Below are positions 1 through 9,953 of a stretch of DNA of 64,000 bases, piece by piece. The DNA lies in NCBI RefSeq assembly GCF_009914755.1, contig NC_060925.1, one strand, 5' to 3'. The DNA is from the human T2T-CHM13v2.0 reference genome, Homo sapiens. Both the position numbers and the translations under genes were made by a program. The stretch's first letter is position 1. Each line of letters begins with the position of its first letter. The notes below the pieces were generated by a model. It had not been told where the DNA came from. It ran no database searches and saw only the letters and a program-made list of their open reading frames with translations.

Positions 1-2887
1 GTAAGGGACAAGTGGTTTTAACCACTAGAAAAAGCCATAACACTTAGGATGCCCATTTGGATCTTGAGGCTATCTATAATTTACTTAGCCATGCTGCTTT
101 GATTCATTTACTGAGTAACCTTTTCACACTGCTAGTTTTGAGTGGGATACAGAGCAAGAGAAGGCTCTGCAACAGGTACAGTTCAAATCGCTCCACCACT
201 TGAGCCATATAACTCTACAGATCCAATGGTGGTGAAGTTCCTGTGACAGATCCGAATGTTGTATGAAGTCTTGGCAGCCTCCTAAAGATAAATAACACTG
301 CCAACCTTTTGAATTTTGTAGTAAAGCTATGTTGTCTTCTGTGTTAAATATTTTCTTTTGAGAAACAGCTTTCGGCTTGCCCACCAACTTACCATGTGAC
401 CTCAGCCTCAGCCATCCAGATTAATATTCCCCAAGTTCTTTCCATATTTGTGTAAGCTCTGTTTTCTTTATTAAGCCCAATTATACCTGTTAATACTTGC
501 ATTTGCTCTATTTTCTTGAACAAACCCAGACTGATTCAGTTAGTGACCATCTAGTGTTGGTTTATATTCAGTACCCTTGGCCCCTGTGGTAGTTGTGCCC
601 AGTAATGTAAAACTGCAAGTGGAAAATGGATACCGTGGAAATTGTTTGGTAAAACCAGAAAATGAGACAGAGCCCCTTTCAAGCAGGTCCTGTGAAGAAG
701 CCAGCAGGAAAACCAAGGGCAGATTAGGCAGGTAGACCAGAATATAGCAGTGGAGGGTGTTCCATAATTCAGAGTTCATCCTCTGCACACTGATACCACA
801 CTGCAAACACAAATCATTCTAGGCTTCACCTGCTGTTTGGAATGAATGCAATCCCTAACATTCTTTCCAGGTTTGTCAGGGTAGGTTCACAACCAGAGAA
901 ATTGAAACTACAGATGAAAGATATCAATGATGTGGGTTCAAAGAAACTGAAAAAGGCATGGCCTGACAATGGGGCTACAAATATACCCAGGGTTATTATA
1001 GATCAGAACTATAGCGCAAAGCTTATCACCCATAATATTAAATTAACATACTGAATTATAATCAGCTAATGCCTTAATGAAATTAGCAATCACTACATTG
1101 CTTTGCTTCACAAACAGAATATATTTCTCATCTCAAATCCATTTCTCAAGTCCACTCTATGCATCCAATTTAGAGTGTAGAGTTTCTCACATAATAGAAT
1201 TTATATTCCTGTCACTATTTATCAAGCAACCCTGAAATTGAAATTATTTATTCAGCAAGACCTTTCTCTCATTCCATTTTATGGGTCTAATAACTTGGTT
1301 TAATTGTCAACTATAAAAGAGATAAGATTAGAGAACTTAGTAATTTGTCCTTTTTATGTTAGAAATATTTCACCATGGCCTAGATCCAAGGAGATGAGTA
1401 ACTAGGGGCACAACAATTTCTTAAAGAAGGAAAAAAAGCAATTGTATAAGCATCTCCGATATTTTGGGTATAAACCCTAAGCCTTTCCAAATCTTTAAAG
1501 CCTTAGGTGAACAGGTTGCATGATTAATATTATAGCTTAGACACATATTGATCCATTTAAATCCTCAGGCTTCAACAAATTTTGTCATACTATTCATACT
1601 GTTAGTAGATTTTGAAATGAGTTGGACTGGATACTGTTCTTGTTCTGGACAATAATCACAAAACCTAAAAGAAGCAATTGGAGTTTATTTCTACTGGACT
1701 GTGCATATACAAGTGTGTTTATCAGCTGAGATTGAGCATTAAAGCACTGCACATGCACGTGTGATAGGCCTGATTACAGCAGAAGCCTCCAAGGCTCCTC
1801 CTACCTTTCTCTGCTTCTGTAGTGCCCTCACCTTGAATAGGATCTGTTGACAAGGCCCCTTCTGGACAGTTGCTGACAGGCACAAGGAGCTTATGGGTTT
1901 TGAATGGAAAGGATTTGCTAAATAAAGCTTCAATCCAAACTTCACCCCTCCCTTCCAGAGGTCAAGGCACTGAAGTTCTTGGTAGCTATGGCAATTACAA
2001 GGTGAACCAATGAATTATTGACATCTTAGGGTTTGCTACTTGACACTTATCCCCAGTTAAATGCGGTTAGAAAATTAAGTTCATGCAATTATATTTTCCA
2101 AATGAAAATACAGAGCGAGAAAGCTTTTTTTAAAAAAAATAAAAATAAAAGTAGCCATATAATTGAAGATGGTACTGCCTCTGCAGTTCATTGTCAAAGA
2201 TTGATTATCTCCTAATCTAAACATCAACACATTATCCTTTTGAAATTAAGTATACCAAGAGTCAAGACTCTTTTACTTCTAGGAGTTAATTCTATATAAC
2301 CTAAGTTCCTCAGCTAATATGACATGTTATGTATTCAAATGTCTTTTATTTCCTTTTGATTTTTTTCCCTCGGTTCTAGCATATGATTTATTTAGTTTGT
2401 AATGGTCACTAAAAAGAAGGTAGTGGATACCAGTGAAAAACACTATTTTAGGATGACAATGGCCTTCTTTGGGCTTGACTCTTAAAAGAAATTATGTTAT
2501 TTTATGATATTCTGATTATTCTCTAACTTCATCCACATCTTTGAACTAAGCTGAACCACTGACCTCTTATTTTGGCTAGTGACCTTGAAAAAGAAAAGAA
2601 CTTCAGGTCTCACAGAGCTCTTTCAAAGTAAATGATCTTAAATGACTTCACTTCCGTTGTCTCTCACTCTCTAATCCACTTTTGGTACTGTCTGACTTGC
2701 ACCTCCTTGGCTTTATCTCCTATTTCTAGCATTTCATTTGTTTCTTGCATATGCTTACAAGTCTCAATATTAATGATTTTTGACGTTTAGTACTTCCTGG
2801 AATGGACTGAATCATTTAGGACTCCTTTTCAAGTGACAGATAGCCAAGTTGAATTTGCTTGAGCAAAATGGAGAAGTTATTGGTTAC

Positions 2888-3285
2888 TACTATGGACACA
2901 ATGTCTGTGTCCTGTCAAAAATTCATGCTGAAACTTAATCTCCAATGTAGTAGTACTAAGAGATTGGGACTTTAGGAAGTGATTAGGCCATGAGGGCTCC
3001 TCCCTCGTGAATGAGATTAAGGCCTTTATAAAAGAGGCTCCACACAACATTCAGCCCTTTTTCCCTTGCACCGCTTTTGCCATCTGAGATATAGCATTGC
3101 CTCTGGAGGATGCAACAACAAGGCACCATCTTGGAAGCAGAGACTAGGCCCTCATCAGACACGCAACCTGCCAGAGCCTTGATCTTGGACTTCCCAGCCA
3201 CCAGAACTGTGAGAAATAAATTTCTGTTGTTTATAATCTACCCAGTTTATAGCATTTTGTTATAGTAACCAAGCAGACTAAGACA
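2888..3285 (+). mobile_element. MaLR solo LTR (MST/MLT1A-like)
   Basis: Typical MaLR motifs CAAGGCACCATCTTGGAAGCAGAGA, GATCTTGGACTTCCCAGCC..AGAACTGTGAGAAATAAATTTCTGTTGTTTATAA and terminal GACTAAGACA. Confidence 0.85.
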
Positions 3286-3399
3286 TGTATAATATACATA
3301 CATATGTAAATGTTTATGTACATAATATAGAGATTAACATAATGAAGGTTTAGTTCTCACACATTCAAAGTCTGATGAGGACCAGGCAGCTCTCTGAAA

Positions 3400-3587
3400 T
3401 TTGGAAGGGGAAGAAAGGTATGGAGAATATGCAGGATGTTTGTAAAGGCCAGGCCTGAAAAATTCCATTGGCCTTAATTTCGTCATATGACTCCATCCAG
3501 CTGCAAGGAAGGCTGACAAATACAGTCTTCCTGTGTATCCAGATGGAGAAAGTGGTGTGATAAGCATGTACCACTGTCTCTGACACA
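3400..3587 (-). mobile_element. MLT1 (J/K-like) LTR fragment
   Basis: CCATTGGCC...CAGCTGCAAGGAAGGCTGACAAATACAGTCTT...GTCTCTGACACA resembles the reverse complement of an old MLT1 5' end. Confidence 0.55.
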
Positions 3588-3649
3588 ATTTTATTTATTT
3601 TTCTTCCTAATATTTTGGCTAGCATCCATAAAATAGTATTAAATATTAA

Positions 3650-4130
3650 ATAACGGTGATGATAAAGAACAATTGTCTTATTTTTTATTTTTATTCTTGA
3701 TAATGAAAATGTTTTCATTATGTTTCCATTTAAAAAATGGCCTATTTGGGGTCAAGATATGTATTTTCACCATCCTGGGGAAGTTTTATATCTCTTTCTT
3801 TGTTAAGATTTATTTATTTCATGAGTGATTTAAGTTGAAATTTATCAAATCTCTTTTTGGCAACTATGAAGACAATTATATGCTTCTTTTTAAAAGCTTA
3901 ATATTGTAAATTATATTAGTAGACTGTTAATGTTGAATTATTTTTTCTTACTTTTAGAGTAAAGTCTAATATAATATACAATGTTCTTGAAAAGCTCTAT
4001 TATGTTGGCTGTCATTTATTTCAATTTTTGTATCAATATTCATAAGTAAGATTGAGCTATATTCTATTTTTAATTATTTTTGTCATGTTTTATAATTCAT
4101 AAGTTGAAGCTTTATGGAGCTTTTTCTCTT
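3650..4130 (-). mobile_element. Old L1M fragment
   Basis: T-rich degenerate L1 ORF2 antisense motifs (TTTATCAAAT, TGTTGAA, AATATTCATAAGTAAGATTG). Confidence 0.5.
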
Positions 4131-4848
4131 TTTCCAGTTTCTTGAGCTGTCAAAATTGCATCGGAGTGATTTGATTCTCCAAAGAGAGAAAGAATTCCAC
4201 TATGCTTGGGACAGTTGCTGTTGTTGTAGGTTTATGCTTCAAGCACATAGCCACTGGGCTATCAATGTTCAATCTTGGCAGTACCCATTATATCACTGCT
4301 TATAGCTATAACATTTTTAAATGTTTAATGAGAATGTTTTTATTACTTCCATGCACTCTTTCTGGCTCTCAGTATGCTCTTTTATCACAGCAATCTGCTC
4401 TTATTTATTGCTGCTGTATCTCTGAAATTATATCAAAACTAAAAAACAGATTTTTTGAAAAATGCCTCTCAAGTTCTCCACATTTCCTCTGCCTCGGTGG
4501 GGACATTTCCTATGCTTCAGTGAGCTGTAGTTATTTTCCTTCTCTTTTGAAACTGTTGAATTTTCTCATAGATTCAGTGTTACTGCTTATCTTTATCAAT
4601 GTAGGTCTAGATTAAGCAGTACTCCCAGCTGATATAAATTCCTTCAGCACTCATGTAGCTATGAACACATGGCTCTTGGGATGCTCATAGTCCAATGGGT
4701 GAAAAGCATACAAGGGCATGTCTTGTCTTTGGCATAAGTGGGCCAGCACATAGAGTCTTCCCCCCAGGGAAACAGGAGCATGACTACAGGTTCTGCTGGT
4801 TTCTCTCTGGATACAATCATATTATGGGTTCTGTTTGCCATAGAAACT

Positions 4849-5010
4849 TGTGTGTATATATATATAGTATACACACACACACACACACACATATATATAC
4901 ACATATATATACACACATATATACACACATATATATACACATATATATATACACATATATATACACACATATATATACACATATATATATATACACACAC
5001 ACACATACAT
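4849..5010. repeat. Compound (TA)n/(CA)n microsatellite
   Basis: Directly visible alternating TATA/CACA units; source of the YI/HT/VC-repeat ORFs. Confidence 0.97.
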
Positions 5011-5084
5011 AGGCACAGTAGTCAGCATATGACAGTCCAATGTAAGTTTTGGTTTAAAAAAAATCTATCATGAGAACTCATCAA

Positions 5085-5450
5085 CATGGCCCCCAGTGAC
5101 TGGTTTGAAAAGTGAACAATGATCCAAGCCAGGTCAACCACAGTCCTTCCCTGGAAGTTTTTTGAAGGAGATCTAGCCTAGTAAATCTGTGAAGAGGTGA
5201 GCTTAGAGGATGCTAATGGTCAGGCCTGATCATGTGGAGAAAAATTAGTAAGAGAAAAGGAGATGACATGCTGGAAGAGACAGAGAGAGTTCTGAGTACT
5301 TGGTTCAGGTAACAAAATTTCCTGGATTGTCCTGGTTCTTGCTTTCCCTCAGCTGTTCAGTTCTTGCTATAATTCTATGAGCTACCTCAATAAATTCCAT
5401 TTTTGCCCATGTTAGTTGAAGTTGGAGTTCTTTTATTTCAGCCAGGAATA
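5085..5450 (+). mobile_element. MLT1 (K/L-like) LTR fragment
   Basis: GTGACTGGTT...ATGATCCAAGCCAGGTCAA...AATAAATTCCATTTTTGC...GTTGGAGTTCTT motifs. Confidence 0.55.
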
Positions 5451-6242
5451 GAGTAACTATGGGAACCCACACACACACAAATATATGTATCTCTTTTTCA
5501 TCTATATCATCTCATGGAATTCCAATTTTTCAGTCTTGCCAATTTCCAGGACTTGGGCAACATATTTTTCCATCTACATTCACTGAATTACCTCAGTGGG
5601 GATAGCAAAAGGGGCAGAGTCAATTGTCATGTTAAGAGCACTACCTTGGAGATACACAAACACATACACAAATCTGGATCCATATTTTAATGCTAATTTT
5701 CTTTCCTCCTTTCTTTGTGACTCAATTCTCATTGTCTTCTTTCTCTTTCTAAAATATAAACAAATTTCCCCTTCAACCTAAAATTGGGAGATAGTGAAGA
5801 AGCTCAGCTTTTATAGTAGGAATATAATAAGATTTCATTCTGAAACACTATGTAATCAGCCATTACTACCATACAAATGTTATTTTAGAAAAAATGTTGA
5901 ATGTCTAGTGACTTCAGCAATTTAGTTTTTGGTCTTGGACCAGTCATAAGTACCATATCAGAGCCTGGTATGATCTGGGTTGACATTCACATCCTGAGCT
6001 GAACTCCTGAGCAATTCTTGCACTTTGATGCAAGTCAGTTATTTACCCAGTCTTTTCCATATACCATTTGACTTTCATTTCAGAATTGCAAAAAGTATTC
6101 CATGGTTTTGGAGGCTAGATATTCTCCTTTGCCCTTGCTGGCAAGCAAAAATTATACGATGAAGTGATAAAATTTGAACCACAACCTAAAGTATTGTCTT
6201 TGTTCTTGATCAAAACAATTTTTTTTTCAAAAACCTATGAGA

Positions 6243-6568
6243 GGCCAGGCATGGTGACCCACACCTGTAATCCCAGCACTTTGGGAGGCCGAGGCTAGTG
6301 GATCACTTGAGGTCGGGAGACCGAGACCAGCCTGGCCAACATGGTGAAACCCCTTTCTACTAAAAAAAAAAAAAAAAAATCAGGTGGACATGGTGGGGCA
6401 TGACTGTAATCCCAGCTACTCAGTTGGCTGAGGCAGGAGAATAGCTTGAACCCAGGAGGTGGAGGCTGTAATGAGCCAAGATCTCACCACTGCACTACAG
6501 CCTGGGCAACAGAGTGAGACTGTCTCAAAAAAAAAAAAAAAAAAAAAAGAAGAAGAAAATAAAAAGAA
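6243..6568 (+). mobile_element. Full-length Alu with 14-bp TSD
   Basis: GGCCAGGCATGGTG...TGTAATCCCAGCACTTTGGGAGG...A tail; TSD AAAAACCTATGAGA at 6229-6242 and 6569-6582. Confidence 0.97.
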
Positions 6569-7514
6569 AAAAACCTATGAGAAAACACCACAATTAGGAT
6601 AATCTCTTTTGATTACATATTTGAGCAAATTTTATTGAAACAGAACTTCATTCATTGGATGTTCTATTGGATATGCTATTGGTAATAGCATCTTCTTTTT
6701 AAAGGATAAAATACACACAACTGATGAAGTTGCGGTGAAGTTTAGCCTTTGGGATTAGCTTTACCACCTTGAAATACACATCCCTTTCTGACAATATCTA
6801 CAAACTTCTGCTTTTCCTATAAATAGTCATTGACCAAAAGAATCTTTCCATTGACTTGCTGTCTCTAGATAGTTGCTGCAAGTCTAAAAAAACTTGAAGT
6901 GTACCCATACCAAACCTATCTGAGAGGATTGCTCTAACACACTGTAAAACTTACATTGGGAGGAAGAAGGCAGGCAGCCTGGGTTTCTCCACCTTTCCCT
7001 TACATCCTAACAATGGCCCCCACTCCTGCACCTCAGTGCTTGCACTCACCTCCAGATTTTACATGATACTTTTTTCTTACTTACAACTCCCTATATTCTT
7101 TAGAACTACCACTTCAAGCCCATTCCAATTAAGTTCTGAACTCTGAAATTTCACCTCTGTAAAAAAAAAAAAAAAGTCTTTCCTAATTAACCTCATTAGA
7201 TTTTGATTTCCTACTTAGCAGCCTTTCAGAAATCTCCAACATGTTACATCTTTGGATGCATCACCTGGTCTTTCACTAACTTGTTCTCTGTGCATTTGGT
7301 ACAACTCCCAGTTGGCTGCAAACTTCTTTGATGCATCTGCCAGCCCTTTGGTAGTAATAATACTAATACTAAAAAGCTAACATGCAGGTCTTATTATGCT
7401 CCAGACAAAATGCTAAGTAATTTACTAGCAGAGTATTTGAATACTGTCTGGCACATAGTAAGCCATTAATACAGGTTTGTTATTATTACCATTTATAGCT
7501 CAATTAACTTGGCA

Positions 7515-7660
7515 TTATTATTCTCTCCATTTCAGGATAAGAAAACTGTGAGGCACAGAGAATTACATAAATTGCTCAGAGTCACAGAGCTCATTATGTG
7601 GCACAAACAAAACTTGGTGCCCATCTATTTGACACGAATACCCATCAATGTTCTTAATCA
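7515..7660 (-). mobile_element. MIR
   Basis: CCATTTCAGGATAAGAAAACTGTGAGGCACAGAG...CAGAGTCACAGAGC MIR core in antisense. Confidence 0.7.
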
Positions 7661-8989
7661 TTACAAAACATTTGCTAAACACACACACACATGCACACAC
7701 ACACACACAAATCAATCCTTTTTGCAATAATACCCCTCCAGTTTTCAGAGCAGTGTAAGTTGTACTCAAGGCAGGTTTTACTTAGGAATTCATTCCCCTT
7801 TTAAAATTTAACTGTCTTAGAGACATAAGAAAAAAGTCACAAGTATTTGTATCTCCCTGAAGAATTTCATTTTAAAATTTAGAGGCCACTGAAGTATGTG
7901 TCCTTAGGGAGAACAATGGGTTTTTCAAAACTTCTAAGTTGCTAAGGAGCTGTGTTTTGCTTTTCAACTATTAATATGCTACTTCAGTCAGTCACCAGTA
8001 CGTCATATTTGCTTTGGTAGAAAGAGCTAGGCCATGTCCAGGGCTGAGCAATAGAAAAAGTTCATGAGTATATTGCTAATAGAAATGATTAATAATACAT
8101 TACAGGCTCAACCCTGATCATACCATGCATCTTCTTCCAGTTATTTTGAGTACATTTTCATTGGATGCTCACAATTGCTCTCTATTGTAACAGCTTTTCT
8201 CCTGGTCATACTGTGAGATTATACAGGGAGAAATGCCCACTTCTGATGTTGTTTTTCCTGAGTTCTAAAGAAGGCGTTCCCTTTCCTCCCATCTCCTTTC
8301 CTTTTTCTCTGCCTTCTCTCTCTCATAGGCTGCCCTGCCCTTTTCTTCCTTCGCTGTCTGAGCTTTCTTGAAGGGAACCAAGGGTCGTAGATCCCCCAGG
8401 GCTGGGCCCTTCTGAAAGGCTCCATGGTCTCTGGAGAGCAGTCAGGTGACAGACTGAACCCAACCGGGCCCAGTGACACAACTTCCCACTTAGGCAACTA
8501 CACAGCCCCCAGATCCCATTCCTGGCAGCTTCAAAACCCTGGGCTCCGCCACAACCAGGCACAACTGCCTCCCTCCAGGTTTCCACTTGGGTGAATGAAT
8601 AGGCTTGAAGGCGACTCCAGATGCAGGAGGCGCGTCGCGGAGAAACGTGTCATTTAGGAGAAAGTTTGTTTCCTACAGAGACTGCAGTTGGCAGCTGCAG
8701 CCCCAGTCGGTTGCGAGAAAAGCTCCCCACCTGGGGAAGCGAGGCCGCTCCCGTGTGCGCTCGGCGGGGAGGACGCGGTGGCGGCGGGACTCGAACTCGG
8801 TCGTCGAAGGGCGCCCCGCAGGGTCCCGTCTGTAGCCCGGACGGCGAGCCCAGGTTGGAGTGGGAGGGAGCCGGCGTGCACAGCTGTCTTTGGTCGGGCT
8901 CAGGCTTCCGCTCCCTGCCTGCTCCCCTTTCCAGCCTCCCGCCCCAGAAACGATCTCGAGCGTTGCCAGTTTGATTCCAGAGCCCCACT

Positions 8990-8998
8990 CGGGTGGGT
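8990..8998 (+). other. SGIP1: Candidate splice donor of an upstream non-coding first exon (ends 8992)
   Basis: CGG|GTGGGT donor-like motif at the 3' edge of the CpG-dense block; could splice to the acceptor at 9830/9831. Confidence 0.55.
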
Positions 8999-9129
8999 TC
9001 TTTTGTTTCTTTGTTTTAATGACAGTTCCCAGCCCTTCAGCATGTCATGCGCAATTAATTCCCTGGCTCTCACGAAGGCAGCTGGGGTGAAATTTCTTCT
9101 GCATCATCCTTTTGGGGATGTTTATGATG

Positions 9130-9137
9130 TGACGTCA
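9130..9137. promoter_or_regulatory. Perfect palindromic CRE (TGACGTCA)
   Basis: Exact CREB/ATF consensus inside the CpG-rich promoter. Confidence 0.75.
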
Positions 9138-9153
9138 GTCGGATTGATTTTTC

Positions 9154-9257
9154 TCTCTTGAATGAAGGATGGGAGGGGAGAAAGAGAGACGGAGAGAGAG
9201 AGAGACGCACAGATGTGCACGGAGGCCACAGACACTGACATTTGGAATTCCTTCAGG
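9154..9257 (+). other. SGIP1: Alternative non-coding first exon (start approximate)
   Basis: AGG|GTAAAA donor at 9257/9258, just downstream of the CRE; consistent with my recollection of SGIP1 spliced 5' leaders. Confidence 0.65.
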
Positions 9258-9496
9258 GTAAAAGGACACCGGAATGGGAGCTTAGAAGTGTGTTGCTAAG
9301 ATTTCCGGCTGCACGGAATTATTAAGTTTTTCTTAAAAAAACAAAAAAAGAAAGAAAGAAAGAAAAAGAAAAGAACCCCCTCCGCAGCGAGCCACTTAGG
9401 TGCTGCTTTCACGCCAGAGTCCCCTGTTAAGGTGGCAGCCCTTGATAACTAATCTCGGGCACCCAGCCGCTTCTGTAAGCTTAAGGAGACGACGAG

Positions 9497-9518
9497 GAGG
9501 GGCGGGGGAAGTGCGTCA
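9497..9518 (+). promoter_or_regulatory. GC box (Sp/KLF) + ETS core + half-CRE cluster
   Basis: GGGGCGGGG 9499-9507, GGAAGT 9507-9512, TGCGTCA 9512-9518. Confidence 0.55.
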
Positions 9519-9645
9519 CCAGGTGGGGAAGGGGCTGTGTATTTGGTGACAAGCGGGAGGCGATGGGGGTGGAGGGGAATGGGGACGGGAAATAGGTTCT
9601 GTGTGCTCTCCGGGGGTATTGTGTCAGGAGATGCAGGCTGGCTAC

Positions 9646-9680
9646 CATGTGACGCGGTCCAAAGCTGAAGGGATTGGCCG
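9646..9680. promoter_or_regulatory. E-box/half-CRE (CATGTGACG) and inverted CCAAT box (GATTGGCC)
   Basis: Motifs at 9646-9654 and 9672-9679, upstream of the proximal 5' UTR. Confidence 0.5.
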
Positions 9681-9830
9681 AGGCAGCGCAGGCGGTGCAG
9701 CTCGGCCAGCTTGCCGTTCCTCTCCCTTTCTCTCAGCATCTTCTTGGTAGCCTGCCTGTAGGTGAAGAAGCACCAGCAGCATCCATGGCCTGTCTTTTGG
9801 CTTAACACTTATCTCCTTTGGCTTTGACAG

Positions 9831-9953
9831 CGGACGGAATAGACCTCAGCAGCGGCGTGGTGAGGACTTAGCTGGGACCTGGAATCGTATCCTCCTGTGT
9901 TTTTTCAGACTCCTTGGAAATTAAGGAATGCAATTCTGCCACCATGATGGAAG
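9831..9953 (+). other. SGIP1: Start-codon-containing exon (123 nt when spliced; extends 5' when transcribed from a proximal TSS)
   Basis: Branch-like CTTAAC, pyrimidine tract and GACAG| acceptor at 9830/9831; donor AAG|GTAGGA at 9953/9954. Confidence 0.8.
9944..9953 (+). CDS. SGIP1: SGIP1 first coding segment (M-M-E-G[split]); brain-enriched endocytic adaptor of the FCHO/muniscin family
   Basis: GCCACCATG Kozak context, ATG ATG GAA G then phase-1 donor GTAGGA; matches the recalled SGIP1 N-terminus MMEGLKK and 5' UTR. Only 10 coding nt are present, so identity rests on recall. Confidence 0.85.

Larger units (their letters stand above)
8610..9900. promoter_or_regulatory. SGIP1: CpG-island-type promoter region of SGIP1
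   Basis: Sharp rise in GC and CpG density (densest 8630-8965) in an otherwise CpG-depleted window, directly upstream of a Kozak ATG and splice donor. Confidence 0.85.

Noticed and set aside
4659-5073. Five overlapping ORFs of 61-115 aa
   Set aside because: Products of a stop-free (TA/CA)n microsatellite.
8605-9161. Cluster of 75-157 aa ORFs on both strands
   Set aside because: Expected in GC-rich CpG-island DNA; many begin at non-ATG codons; no recognisable protein similarity.
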